Assembly (NCBI GenBank): GCA_963662315.1
Contig: OY759353.1
Span: forward strand, 2,240,001 to 2,304,000
Direction of reading: 5' to 3'
Origin: Geopsychrobacteraceae bacterium
Lineage (GTDB): Bacteria; Desulfobacterota; Desulfuromonadia; Desulfuromonadales; Geopsychrobacteraceae
Length of the DNA stretch: 64,000 nucleotides
This document shows positions 38,504-49,066 of the stretch, one piece after another. How positions within the stretch are numbered: the first letter of the stretch is position 1; each line of letters starts with the position of its first letter. The notes beneath the pieces were generated by a model, which saw only the letters and a list, made by a program, of their open reading frames with translations, did no database searches and was not told where the DNA came from. A program made the position numbers and the translations under genes.

Positions 38504-40175
38504 AGTCGGGATGGAAAAATTACGCCTGCTGCCCTTTGGCGGACTGGGTGAAATCGGCATGAACATGATGGGGATCGAGTATAACGGCAAGATCCTGCTC
38601 ATTGATTGTGGCCTGATGTTTCCAGAAGCTTATATGTTCGGTATCGACCTGGTCCTGCCCGACATCAGCCTGCTTGAAGAACGGCAACAGGATATCGTCG
38701 GCCTGGTTCTGACCCATGGTCATGAGGATCATATCGGCGCCCTGCCTTTTTTATGGCGCCAGCTTGGACAACCAGTTGTCTATGGGACGACACTGACCTT
38801 GGGATTACTGCGCAGCAAACTGAAAGAATTTGAACTCGATCGCGAGATCACCTTTGAGACACTGGCCCCCCGAGTAACACTCTCCCTGCCCCCCTTTGAC
38901 ATTGAACCGTATCGCGCTGCTCACTCCATTGTCGATGGAGTCGGACTGATTATCAATACTCCCGTCGGCCGGATCATCCACACTGGCGACTTCAAAATCG
39001 ACCCAACTCCTGTTGATGGACAGAACACCGACCTGGCGCGCCTGGCGGAAGTGGGCGATGAAGGCGTTCTGCTGCTCATGGCCGATTCCACTAATGTCGA
39101 AAATGAGGGGTACACATTGTCTGAACGGACGGTCGGCAAAGTTCTGGATGAACTGATTCCAACCTGTCCGAAACGAGTTATCGTTGCGACCTTTTCTTCC
39201 AACATCCACCGTATTCAACAGATTGCGGACAGCGCCCTGCTGGCCGGTCGCAAGATTCTGGTCAATGGCCGCAGCATGATTAACAACATTTCCATCGCCC
39301 GTCAACTTGGCTATCTGCGCATTGCGGACGAACAGTTTATCGAATTACGGGATTTGCGCGAACTGCCTCCCGAGCAGGTGCTGATCATCACGACCGGCAG
39401 TCAGGGGGAACCCTTAAGTGCTCTAATGCGCATTGCCACCGGTGATCATAAACAGATTGAACTGGAGCAGAATGACACGGTCATCCTGTCTTCCAAATTT
39501 ATTCCCGGCAATGAAAAAGCCATCAGCGATCTGATTAATAATCTCTACCGCCGCGGAGCCGAAGTATTTTATGAAAAAACCAGTGAAATCCACGTATCAG
39601 GCCACGCCAGCCAAGAGGAGCTGAAACTCATCCATAGTCTGGTTAAACCACGCTATTTTGTTCCAATACACGGTGAATACAGGCATCTGGTCAAGCATAC
39701 CCAGCTTGCGGTCGCCATGGGCCTTCCCCGCGAGAATACTCTGGTCATAGAGAATGGACAGAGCCTCGTGGTCGGTCCCGATTATTTTGCCAAGGGGGAA
39801 TCGTTTGAAAGTGGCAGGGTTTTCGTTGACGGCAAAGGGGTTGGTGATGTCGGCAGCATGGAGCTGCGTGATCGCCGTCATCTGGCTAACCATGGGATGG
39901 TCATCGTCATGCTGGCGGTAAACCAGTCAACCGGTGCCATTGTTCACGGCCCGGATATCTTCACCAAAGGCTTTATCCCTGAAGAAGCGCAAGAGAGTGA
40001 AGTCCTGCTCGAGGACGCCCGGCTTGCCGTTTGTAATGTTCTTGACGAATTCAGCATCGAAATCATCAGTGACTGGGAAGAACTGCGTGTCGAAGTGCGT
40101 AAAGCCCTGCGCCGCCTGTTTAACAAGCGCATGGCGCGCAGACCCTTGATTTTACCTGTCATTCTTGAACTCTAA
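38496..40175 (+). CDS. rnj: Ribonuclease J
   Basis: GGLGEIGMN, THGHEDHIG, HTGDFKID, IHVSGHA, PIHGEYRH. Confidence 0.95.
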   Translation: MTEVGMEKLRLLPFGGLGEIGMNMMGIEYNGKILLIDCGLMFPEAYMFGIDLVLPDISLLEERQQDIVGLVLTHGHEDHIGALPFLWRQLGQPVVYGTTLTLGLLRSKLKEFELDREITFETLAPRVTLSLPPFDIEPYRAAHSIVDGVGLIINTPVGRIIHTGDFKIDPTPVDGQNTDLARLAEVGDEGVLLLMADSTNVENEGYTLSERTVGKVLDELIPTCPKRVIVATFSSNIHRIQQIADSALLAGRKILVNGRSMINNISIARQLGYLRIADEQFIELRDLRELPPEQVLIITTGSQGEPLSALMRIATGDHKQIELEQNDTVILSSKFIPGNEKAISDLINNLYRRGAEVFYEKTSEIHVSGHASQEELKLIHSLVKPRYFVPIHGEYRHLVKHTQLAVAMGLPRENTLVIENGQSLVVGPDYFAKGESFESGRVFVDGKGVGDVGSMELRDRRHLANHGMVIVMLAVNQSTGAIVHGPDIFTKGFIPEEAQESEVLLEDARLAVCNVLDEFSIEIISDWEELRVEVRKALRRLFNKRMARRPLILPVILEL

Positions 40176-40184
40176 CAATGAAAA

Positions 40185-42473
40185 GTGACTATGAGTAAGA
40201 AAAAAGATACAGCGGACGCTCCCGCCGACAACCATATGCACAAAGAGATCCTCGGTCTGATCTGGCTGGCCCTCGGTATATTTCTGCTGATCTGCCTGCT
40301 CAGTTACAGCAGCAAGGATCCGTCTTTCAACAACAACCTCAATCCGAAACAGATCAACAACCTGGTCGGGGTTTTCGGCTCACACCTGTCCGATCTGCTC
40401 TATCAGTGTTTTGGTCTGACGGCACTGCTGTGGCCAGCTGGCTGCCTGCATCTGGCCTGGCGCTGGCTGAAATTTAAAGAGGTCCGCTTCCGTCTGGCAC
40501 GTCTGATTGCCTTTCTACTGCTCCAGGTATCACTTGGCGGGCTGCTGGCATTGGAATTATCCAAAGTCAATATTTTTGGCAGTTATATCAACGAAGCCGG
40601 GGGGGCTGTCGGGCGTATTCTCGTACAGTTGCTGGCCCGTTATCTTAATATTGGCGGCGCCGCAATTATCCTCAGTGTTTTCTTTCTGGTCGCCCTGATC
40701 CTGTCCACCCGCTTCTCTCTGGTGCTGTTTATCGATGGTATTCTCGAACGTTTCGGTCGGCGTCTTGAGTTGCGCCACGAAGCCAAACAGGCCAAAACCG
40801 AGTTGCGTCAAAAAGAAAAGAAACAGATCGAAATAAAAGCGCCCCCCATTAGCGAAGAACCCAAACGCATTACTGAGATAAAAACCCTGAAACCGAAAAA
40901 GAAAAGCAAAGCGGCTGAAGAGGTCAATCAGGAAACCTTTTCGTTTCTTGACGCCAGTGGAACCTATCATATGCCGGGTATTACGCTCCTTGACCATGAT
41001 GGTGGCGAACCGAAACCGATTGATCGCGACAGCCTGACCATGGCCGCCCGCATGCTTGAGAAAAAACTGCTCGACTTCGGTGTTGAGGGGGATGTTGTTG
41101 AAGTCAAACCCGGTCCGGTTGTCACCATGTATGAGTTTGCCCCGGCCCCAGGAGTAAAGGTCAACAAGATATCCAACCTTCAGGATGACCTGGCCATGGC
41201 CCTGCAGGCCGTTTCAATCCGTATCGTCGCCCCGATTCCCGGGCGTGGTGTTGTCGGTATTGAGATCCCCAACAAGGACCGCGAAACCGTTTACCTCAAG
41301 GAAATCATCGACTCGGACGACTTTCAGCGTAACGGCGGCAAACTGCCCATGGCGCTGGGGAAAGATATTTTTGGTCAGGTCGTTTGTTCCGATCTGGCAA
41401 AAATGCCTCACCTGCTGGTGGCCGGTTCAACCGGCAGCGGTAAATCGGTGTCCATCAACACCATGATCCTGTCGCTGCTTTACCGTGGTACACCCGAAGA
41501 TGTGCGCCTGATCATGATTGACCCGAAAATGTTGGAACTCTCCATTTATGAGGGGATACCGCACCTGCTGCTGCCGGTTGTGACCAATCCTAAGAAAGCG
41601 TCCCTGGCACTGGCCTGGGCGGTGCGCGAAATGGAGCGCCGCTACAAACTGATGGCCGACAAAAGCGTCCGCAATATCGACGGCTACAATCGCAAACTCG
41701 CTAAAGAGCAAAAAGAGGCCGAAGATCTGCCACCGGTACCGGAAAGCGAAGAACTTCTCGATGATGCCTTTGCCGACATGCCACTGCCAGTGCCAGAACC
41801 GGAAGAAGTCCTGGAACACGGTCATCTGCCCTACATTGTCGTTATCGTCGACGAACTTGCCGACCTGATGATGGTCGCCGGTCGGGAGATTGAGGAGTCG
41901 ATTGCCCGCCTTGCCCAGATGGCCCGTGCCGCTGGCATTCATTTGATTCTCGCTACTCAGCGGCCAAGTGTTGACGTTATCACCGGTCTGATTAAAGCCA
42001 ACTTTCCAACGCGGATTTCCTTTAAGGTATTCTCGCGAACCGATTCTCGAACCATCCTTGATTCCATGGGTGCTGAAGCCCTGCTTGGCATGGGAGACAT
42101 GCTTTTCCTCCCCCCTGGCGTCGGTTATCTGCAACGGGTTCACGGTGCATTTGTCTCTGAGCTTGAAGTACAGCGGGTCGTCGATTTTCTCTCCAAACAG
42201 GGACAACCGGAATATGACAAGACTATTCTACAGGCGCCGCCCGCCTCAGGTAGTGAAAATGGTGAAGAAGAAGAGTACGATGAACGCTGGGACGAAGCTC
42301 TGAAAATTGTTACCGATACTCGCCAGGCTTCTATCTCTATGCTGCAGAGAAGACTGCGGGTCGGCTATAATCGCGCGGCGCGGATGATCGAACGGATGGA
42401 AATGGAAGGAATTGTCGGACCTTCCGATGGTAGTGGCAAACCACGCGAAGTCCTGGCCCGAAAAATTGAATAA
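40185..42473 (+). CDS. ftsK: DNA translocase FtsK
   Basis: 4TM N-domain, GSTGSGKS, IVDELADLMM, LATQRPSVDV, gamma domain GYNRAARM. Confidence 0.96.
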   Translation: MTMSKKKDTADAPADNHMHKEILGLIWLALGIFLLICLLSYSSKDPSFNNNLNPKQINNLVGVFGSHLSDLLYQCFGLTALLWPAGCLHLAWRWLKFKEVRFRLARLIAFLLLQVSLGGLLALELSKVNIFGSYINEAGGAVGRILVQLLARYLNIGGAAIILSVFFLVALILSTRFSLVLFIDGILERFGRRLELRHEAKQAKTELRQKEKKQIEIKAPPISEEPKRITEIKTLKPKKKSKAAEEVNQETFSFLDASGTYHMPGITLLDHDGGEPKPIDRDSLTMAARMLEKKLLDFGVEGDVVEVKPGPVVTMYEFAPAPGVKVNKISNLQDDLAMALQAVSIRIVAPIPGRGVVGIEIPNKDRETVYLKEIIDSDDFQRNGGKLPMALGKDIFGQVVCSDLAKMPHLLVAGSTGSGKSVSINTMILSLLYRGTPEDVRLIMIDPKMLELSIYEGIPHLLLPVVTNPKKASLALAWAVREMERRYKLMADKSVRNIDGYNRKLAKEQKEAEDLPPVPESEELLDDAFADMPLPVPEPEEVLEHGHLPYIVVIVDELADLMMVAGREIEESIARLAQMARAAGIHLILATQRPSVDVITGLIKANFPTRISFKVFSRTDSRTILDSMGAEALLGMGDMLFLPPGVGYLQRVHGAFVSELEVQRVVDFLSKQGQPEYDKTILQAPPASGSENGEEEEYDERWDEALKIVTDTRQASISMLQRRLRVGYNRAARMIERMEMEGIVGPSDGSGKPREVLARKIE

Positions 42474-42500
42474 CCACCCATTTTTTGCCACGTAATCACA

Positions 42501-42544
42501 AAAAGACAAGTCAGTCCGAAATATTTCGACTGACTTGTCTTTTT
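42501..42544 (+). terminator. Intrinsic terminator after ftsK
   Basis: AAAAGACAAGTCAGTC...GACTGACTTGTCTTTT. Confidence 0.8.
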
Positions 42545-42904
42545 GTTTTTCCAATCCTACCCTTATCAGATTCCATTATTGCACTAAAGACAACGTCTCA
42601 ATATCATTAATTATTAACAGAACGACCTTTCTTTCGCCAACAATACATGACGCATAAACTCAGGTTTTTCAATAGGTTAAACTTCTTTTCCGGCATAGAT
42701 TTCTATTGCATACAGGCTATACTTAAGATACCCTCGCACAATATGTGATTTTATGTTCCATATATTAAGGGGATTGCATGTTCCGGCGCTACTTCGCACC
42801 TTTCCATCTCCCGGATCCCCATCAATGACAAACCGTCTTACACACACCGGAAAACGCAAAGGTTCCGGTATTCTGTCACTATGAACTGCATGGGAGAATC
42901 AAGT

Positions 42905-44278
42905 ATGAGAAAGATGTCTGCAACTATTGGCCTCGCTCTTCTTGCTCTGTTGTGGGCAGGAACAGCTCTTGCTACGGATCATTCCTTCATCGAAGGACCT
43001 ATCAACAGTGGACCTGAAGCAACCAAAACCTGTCTGGAATGTCATGAGAATGCTGCTGATCACATTATGAAAACCAGTCATTGGACCTGGGACGCGGAAC
43101 AAACCATCAATGGCATGCAGGTGAAACGTGGCAAAGTGAACGCAGTTAACAACTTCTGTGTTGGCATTCGTTCCAATGAAGCGCGCTGTACCAGTTGCCA
43201 TATTGGCTATGGCTGGAAAGACAGCAGCTTCGACCTGACGGACAGTTCAAAAGTTGATTGCCTGGTCTGTCACGACACCACTGGAAGCTACAAAAAAACT
43301 CCGACTGATGCCGGCATGCCTGATCCTGTCGTCGATCTTCTGTATGTGGCCCGCAATGTTGGTGCCTCCTCACGCCAGACCTGTGGAACCTGCCACTTCT
43401 TTGGCGGCGGCGGTGATGCCGTTAAACACGGGGATCTCGACTCCAGCATGGATTTCCCGGACAGAAATATCGACGTGCATATGAATGCTGATGGCAATAA
43501 CTTCAGTTGTTCAAACTGTCACCAGACAACTGATCACAATATTACCGGCAATGCTATGGTTGTCTCCCCGAAAGGGGAAAATCACATTGGCTGCACCGGC
43601 TGTCATGGTGCCGATGTACATAGCGAATCAATCCTCAACGCTCATACCGACACGGTCGCCTGCCAGACCTGTCACATCCCAACTTTCGCCAAACAGATTC
43701 CGACCAAAACGTCGTGGGACTGGTCCACGGCCGGTCAGAATATCAAGGCCGAAAAGGATAAATACGGCAAGCCGAATTACATGAAGAAAAAAGGAAACTT
43801 CACTTGGGGTAAAAATATTGTCCCGGCCTACTCCTGGTACAATGGCACCGCAGGTGCTTATCAGCTTGGTGACACCATTGACCCAGGTAAAGTAACGCCG
43901 CTGAGCTACCCAATCGGGGATCGTAGCGATAAGGAGTCCAAAATATATCCGTTTAAAATCCATACCGGCAAACAGATTTACGACACCAAAAACATGTACT
44001 TCCTCGTACCAAAAGTTTTTGGAAAAGGCGGCTACTGGGCAACCTTCGATTGGAAGGCTGCGGCAGAAATGGGATCAAAGGCCAACAACCTTGACTTCAG
44101 TGGTGAATTTGGGTTTGCTCCAACCGTCATGTACTGGCGCATCAACCACATGGTATCACCAAAAGAGCAGGCTCTCGGCTGTCTCGACTGCCACGGTGAC
44201 AACGGACGCCTGGATTGGCAGCGCCTTGGCTATAAAGGGGACCCACTTAAACATCCTGAATATGCAAGAACCAGATAA
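42905..44278 (+). CDS. Octaheme tetrathionate reductase (Otr)-family c-type cytochrome
   Basis: Signal peptide; 8 CxxCH (CLECH, CTSCH, CLVCH, CGTCH, CSNCH, CTGCH, CQTCH, CLDCH); GK.NAVNNFC, GGGGDAVKHGDLDS. Confidence 0.9.
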   Translation: MRKMSATIGLALLALLWAGTALATDHSFIEGPINSGPEATKTCLECHENAADHIMKTSHWTWDAEQTINGMQVKRGKVNAVNNFCVGIRSNEARCTSCHIGYGWKDSSFDLTDSSKVDCLVCHDTTGSYKKTPTDAGMPDPVVDLLYVARNVGASSRQTCGTCHFFGGGGDAVKHGDLDSSMDFPDRNIDVHMNADGNNFSCSNCHQTTDHNITGNAMVVSPKGENHIGCTGCHGADVHSESILNAHTDTVACQTCHIPTFAKQIPTKTSWDWSTAGQNIKAEKDKYGKPNYMKKKGNFTWGKNIVPAYSWYNGTAGAYQLGDTIDPGKVTPLSYPIGDRSDKESKIYPFKIHTGKQIYDTKNMYFLVPKVFGKGGYWATFDWKAAAEMGSKANNLDFSGEFGFAPTVMYWRINHMVSPKEQALGCLDCHGDNGRLDWQRLGYKGDPLKHPEYARTR

Positions 44279-44394
44279 CTCCTGCCGAAAGCGAGTCTGA
44301 CCGTTCCGCGAACGATTGTCGAAACGGTCAGACTCATGGGTTGTCTCAGATTCAAATTCTTTCTCACCAAGAATCTTCCGTTTTCAACACATCA

Positions 44395-44424
44395 CACGCG
44401 ATATTCCACCACGCGATATTCCAC
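44395..44424. repeat. Perfect 15-bp tandem duplication
   Basis: CACGCGATATTCCAC x2. Confidence 0.9.
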
Positions 44425-44518
44425 AAACTGAGACTTTGCTCTTGTCTCGGTAATTTCCAATGACTATGATACCGATCATAATGTTTCTTAACCATTGCCA
44501 TGAAAGCATTCTTTTTCA

Positions 44519-45037
44519 ATGAATGATAATCAGGATATACTATCTGCTCCAATCCCAAGTAAAAGCTACGACTTGCGTATTTTTCAGGCCTTACGCAGAA
44601 TTATCAGAGCGATTGACATTCATTCACATAAGCTGGCGACTCAGTATAAGATAACCGGACCACAGTTATCCTGCCTGCTGGCCTTAGAAGAACAAGGCAC
44701 TCTGACCAGCGCCAATCTTGCCAAGAAAGTTCACTTGAGTCCCAGCACTGTGGTTGGAATCATCGATCGTCTTGAAGAAAAAAAACTGGCGACCCGTAAA
44801 CGCGCCAGCCTGGACCGACGCCAGGTACATATCTCTATCACCCCAGCCGGAGAACAATTGTTAGCCTCTTCGCCATCGTTACTGGAAGACTCATTATCCT
44901 CAGCTCTCTCGGCGCTACCGGAAACAGAACAAATTGCGATGACCATGGCAATCGAAAAGCTCGTCGATCTGCTTGAAGCTCGGGATATAGGTGCTGCCCC
45001 TATGCTCGAAACCGGATCCCTGACCTCTGATCAATAG
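44519..45037 (+). CDS. MarR-family regulator (EctR/CosR-like)
   Basis: ALRRIIRAIDIHSHKL..ITGPQL..LSPSTVVGIIDRLE..DRRQV..APMLE. Confidence 0.9.
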   Translation: MNDNQDILSAPIPSKSYDLRIFQALRRIIRAIDIHSHKLATQYKITGPQLSCLLALEEQGTLTSANLAKKVHLSPSTVVGIIDRLEEKKLATRKRASLDRRQVHISITPAGEQLLASSPSLLEDSLSSALSALPETEQIAMTMAIEKLVDLLEARDIGAAPMLETGSLTSDQ

Positions 45038-45231
45038 CTTCACAAACGACGACTTCGCCTTCTTTCCATCTGGTTTCCCAGCCCTTCGTCAATTGTTATC
45101 AACCGTGCATCACGGTGACTTCCCAGCGAACCTGACAGTTTCTGACACCATATCGATTTATTTTTCTAAGGCCAAGTTCCCGTAAATTGCCAAGCGCAGC
45201 AGGCACTATCCGCTGATGTTTTTACAAAACC

Positions 45232-45279
45232 TTGACCAGGTAAACTATTTTTGCAATAATTATTCGTGTACCAATCATT
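45232..45279 (+). promoter_or_regulatory. Putative sigma70 promoter of ablAB with overlapping MarR-type dyad
   Basis: TTGACC-N17-AATAAT (45232-45260); imperfect palindrome AATTATTCGTGTACCAATCATT (45258-45279). Confidence 0.6.
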
Positions 45280-45458
45280 TCACTTCCACAAACAAGTCTT
45301 CCTTAAACTATGATACTCAGCATTATCAAGATCACTGCGTTATCGACCTTTCGTTCCTGGCCACCAAAGGACAGGAGCATTTAATAGCCTCTTGAACTCT
45401 GACGGCAAATAATCCCCTCTTTTATGTGCAGACTATCTCTAATGAATAAGGACAAGAA

Positions 45459-46778
45459 ATGAATTATTTTTCCAACACTCAACATCAAATTGCCGAGCAT
45501 CTGAGTCATGACGACACCTTTAATGCCATCAGGTGGACAGACTGGAAATGGCAACTGAAAAATTCAATCACCTCCGTTGAAATGGTCGAAAAGTTACTGA
45601 ATATTCAACTTGATACTGAGGAAAGAAGAAACGTCGAGCTAACCCTGAAAAAATTCCCATTACGGATAACTCCCTACTATCTTTCATTGATTAATCGCGA
45701 TGATTTCCATAACGATCCGGTTTTCAGACAGGCCTTTCCCGACCCACAGGAACTTGAAATCGAGAAATGTGACATGGCCGATCCGCTAGCGGAGGAAGAT
45801 GACAGCCCGGTCCCCGGCATCACTCACCGCTACCCGGACAGGGTTCTGTTCCATGTCAGTAATGTCTGTGCTATGTACTGCAGACACTGCACACGTAAAC
45901 GCAAAGTCGGGGATATTGACTCCATTCCTGATCGCAGTCAGTTGCAACAAGGGCTGGAATATATCCGCAACACACCGTCGATCAGAGATGTCCTGCTATC
46001 CGGGGGGGATCCATTGATGCTTAATGATGACTACCTTGACTGGTTGTTAACGGAACTTGACAGTATCGAACATGTTCAGGTTGTCCGCATCGGATCTCGA
46101 ATGCCGGTTGTCTTACCGTATCGAATCACCGATGATCTGGTTGCTATACTTAAAAAGCATCATCCCATCTGGCTCAATACTCATTTTAATCATCCTCGGG
46201 AAATGACCAAATCTTCACGTCTGGCGTTACGTAAATTGGCTGATGCAGGTGTTCCATTAGGTAACCAATCTGTACTACTGGCAGGAATCAATGATTGCCA
46301 ACGGATTATCAAAGCCTTGGTCCACAAGTTGGTGGCCAATCGGGTTCGACCCTACTACCTGTATCAGTGCGATTTATCTGAGGGCTTGTCCCATTTCCGC
46401 ACCCCGGTAGGCAAAGGGATCGAAATCATGGAGAGCCTTATCGGCCATACCAGCGGATTTTCCGTCCCCACCTACGTGATTGATGCCCCAGGAGGGGGAG
46501 GCAAGATACCGTTGACACCGAATTACTTGATTTCCCTTTCAACAAACAAGGTTGTTCTGCGCAATTACGAAGGTGTTATTACCACCTATCAGGAGCCGGA
46601 AAGCTACGAAACCAAATTTTGTGATCGCAAATGTGATCACTGTAACCTTCAGCTGATGCTGGAAGACAGCTCCGAATGGGACACCACCGGTATTGAAAGG
46701 CTGCTGTCAGACCATGACCATGTTATCAGTCTGACCCCGGCAGAGAACCAGCGTATGGAGCGTCGCGATGAATCATGA
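45459..46778 (+). CDS. ablA: Lysine 2,3-aminomutase (AblA/KamA)
   Basis: [17 protein letters not shown] radical-SAM motif, [11 protein letters not shown] lysine, C-terminal CDRKCDHC; adjacent ablB. Confidence 0.94.
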   Translation: MNYFSNTQHQIAEHLSHDDTFNAIRWTDWKWQLKNSITSVEMVEKLLNIQLDTEERRNVELTLKKFPLRITPYYLSLINRDDFHNDPVFRQAFPDPQELEIEKCDMADPLAEEDDSPVPGITHRYPDRVLFHVSNVCAMYCRHCTRKRKVGDIDSIPDRSQLQQGLEYIRNTPSIRDVLLSGGDPLMLNDDYLDWLLTELDSIEHVQVVRIGSRMPVVLPYRITDDLVAILKKHHPIWLNTHFNHPREMTKSSRLALRKLADAGVPLGNQSVLLAGINDCQRIIKALVHKLVANRVRPYYLYQCDLSEGLSHFRTPVGKGIEIMESLIGHTSGFSVPTYVIDAPGGGGKIPLTPNYLISLSTNKVVLRNYEGVITTYQEPESYETKFCDRKCDHCNLQLMLEDSSEWDTTGIERLLSDHDHVISLTPAENQRMERRDES

Positions 46779-47604
46779 TCAGATTCAAAAGATAGGTAAT
46801 TCTCTTATTCAACATGGTCATGCGAATGATCGGATCTACCTGATGAAACTGGCACAAAATGATGTTTCGGGTATTATTCCAAAGTTAACGCAGCTCGCCC
46901 AAAATCAGGGCTATAGCAAAATCTTTGCTAAAATTCCTGCTTACGCTAAAGATCATTTTCTCCAAAACGGCTTTCAGGTTGAAGCCTCTGTCCCCCGTTT
47001 TTATCAGGCACAAGAAGCAGCTTATTTTATGGGCCGATATTTTCACCCTCAACGTCAAAATGAGGAGCAAAAAAACCGTATCAATAATGTTCTTAAAGAA
47101 GCCCGCCTCAAAGCCGATTCTACTCCTGCTGCGCAACCATCGGCAGGGCTATCCTGCCGCCTGGCTGAAGCGCCGGACTGTACACAGATGGCACAGCTTT
47201 ACCAGAAAGTATTTTCGAGCTATCCGTTTCCTATCCACGACCCGGCTTATTTGCTGAAGACTATGGCTGACAATGTCATCTATGCAGGAGTCTGGCTAAA
47301 AGATGAATTGTTGGCTCTGGCTTCAGCCGAAATTGATCATCAGGGGAAAAATGCAGAAATGACCGACTTTGCCACTCAACCGGATTGTCAAGGTCAGGGG
47401 TTGGCGAATACCCTCATGACCTATCTCGAAAAGGAGATGATTCATCACTCCATTATTACCTGCTACACAATTGCCAGGGCGATCTCTTATGGAATGAATA
47501 TCTGCTTTTCCCGCAATGGTTATCGGTATAGTGGAACGCTGACAAAAAACACCCAGATTTCGGGTGCTCTTGAAAGTATGAATGTCTGGTACAAACATCT
47601 TTAA
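46768..47604 (+). CDS. ablB: Beta-lysine N(epsilon)-acetyltransferase (AblB)
   Basis: [51 protein letters not shown]. Confidence 0.9.
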   Translation: MNHDQIQKIGNSLIQHGHANDRIYLMKLAQNDVSGIIPKLTQLAQNQGYSKIFAKIPAYAKDHFLQNGFQVEASVPRFYQAQEAAYFMGRYFHPQRQNEEQKNRINNVLKEARLKADSTPAAQPSAGLSCRLAEAPDCTQMAQLYQKVFSSYPFPIHDPAYLLKTMADNVIYAGVWLKDELLALASAEIDHQGKNAEMTDFATQPDCQGQGLANTLMTYLEKEMIHHSIITCYTIARAISYGMNICFSRNGYRYSGTLTKNTQISGALESMNVWYKHL

Positions 47605-47652
47605 CGGGGCTCTAATGTTCCACCGCTTCTCTTCTGCCAAGGCATCACAAAA

Positions 47653-47674
47653 CCAGACCGCATATGCGGTCTGG
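47653..47674. terminator. Perfect palindrome/hairpin after ablB
   Basis: CCAGACCGCATATGCGGTCTGG. Confidence 0.5.
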
Positions 47675-47828
47675 CTCAGCCAAGTATCCTCTTTTGCCAA
47701 CCACGTTATTTCTCCAATAGATAAGAAACTTGACAGGATTTAAATGCTGGTGTTCAATTGATATATAACCAGACTTTTTATGAACATGCTTAAATATCTG
47801 AACACTTATTGACCAGACAAGGACTCCC

Positions 47829-48887
47829 ATGCCACGTAAAGCACTCCTTGAAGACGAACAGATCATTCGGGAATGTGTTAAGACTCTAGGAAGTATCCCC
47901 GGAGCCAAAACGGAGTTTATGGTACAAAAAGTCGGTGGCCCCTTTGCCGGGGTATTCCGCTTTTCGGGACCGTGGGGAGAGTATTATTACTACCTGAAGG
48001 TCGTCCCAAAACTGAGCCCGGCACTGACCGACCTGGTGATTCACCAGATCAAAACATCTCCGACTCCCAAAAATGCGCATCCGTTACTGCTCAGTCATTA
48101 TATTTCGCCACAACTGGCCGCCAAGTTCAAAGCCAGCGGCATCGAATATGCTGATTGCGCCGGTAACCTGTTACTCAACCATCTGCCACTTTATGTGCAT
48201 ATCAGTGGTCAGAAACATGCCCCTAAAGCTCCGGGAGTTGACCGTTTATTCCGCACTGCCGGTCTCAAACTGATTTATGTCCTGCTGCGCAACCGCCTGA
48301 CCGTTTCCGCCACCTACCGCATGCTGGCTGACGATGCCGGCATTGCATTAGGTGCGATTGGCAGCCTGTTTGGTGAGCTGGAAAAACGCGGCAATATTAT
48401 TCTTGACGAAGCAAACAACCGAACATTGTGCCACATTGAAGAATTATTGCAGCGCTGGCAACTCGGCTATATTGAAACACTGCGCCCCCGCCTGCTTCTG
48501 CAGCGCTGCCGCCAGACCGCCGGGTTTCGGATCGATCAGATTCCAGGACAGATCAGAGAACTGAACAATGGCAAAGACATCCTGATTGGCGGTGAACTCG
48601 GAGCAAGCCTGATGACCAGTGGTTTCGCCCCCGACTCTGCAATTCTTTACCTGTCACCCGAGATTCAGTTAAAGACCATGCTTCAACTCCACCTGACCCC
48701 GGATGCCAGTGGCAATGTTATCTTGATTCAACCATTTGGCCGGCAGTGTCAGTGGAGCGGTCTGCAACCGGAAGGGCTGACATTAGCAGACCCACTGTTA
48801 ACTTTTGCTGAACTTAAAGGTGGCAGTACCGACAACGTTGCGGAAAAACTCTATCGCCAATACTTGCGTCCCCGCTTCGATAGCTGA
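47829..48887 (+). CDS. AbiEi-like (type IV TA antitoxin / transcriptional regulator) protein
   Basis: YISP..A..F...GIEYADCAGN, GLKLIYVLL, TYRMLA..AGIALG HTH, IGGELGA, ADPLLTFAEL. Confidence 0.72.
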   Translation: MPRKALLEDEQIIRECVKTLGSIPGAKTEFMVQKVGGPFAGVFRFSGPWGEYYYYLKVVPKLSPALTDLVIHQIKTSPTPKNAHPLLLSHYISPQLAAKFKASGIEYADCAGNLLLNHLPLYVHISGQKHAPKAPGVDRLFRTAGLKLIYVLLRNRLTVSATYRMLADDAGIALGAIGSLFGELEKRGNIILDEANNRTLCHIEELLQRWQLGYIETLRPRLLLQRCRQTAGFRIDQIPGQIRELNNGKDILIGGELGASLMTSGFAPDSAILYLSPEIQLKTMLQLHLTPDASGNVILIQPFGRQCQWSGLQPEGLTLADPLLTFAELKGGSTDNVAEKLYRQYLRPRFDS

Positions 48888-49066
48888 GTCAACTTGAGCG
48901 TTTTAATATGGCTTGGGGCAATGGCACTTCACCAATAATGGCAATTTTCTTGTTTGAATTAAGATCTTCTCTTGTTCATAAGCCTTGAAACTGTTAAATA
49001 AACAGTGGAAATTATTATCTGTTACATTCCTCGCCACGTATCAGCAGCACGATTTGGATTAGAATC

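Noticed and set aside
41427..42206. 259-aa ORF antisense to ftsK
   Set aside because: Antisense shadow of a conserved gene
48939..48956. TGGCAATTTTCTTGTT as a sigma54 promoter for ClC
   Set aside because: The -12 element is GT rather than GC; too weak to call
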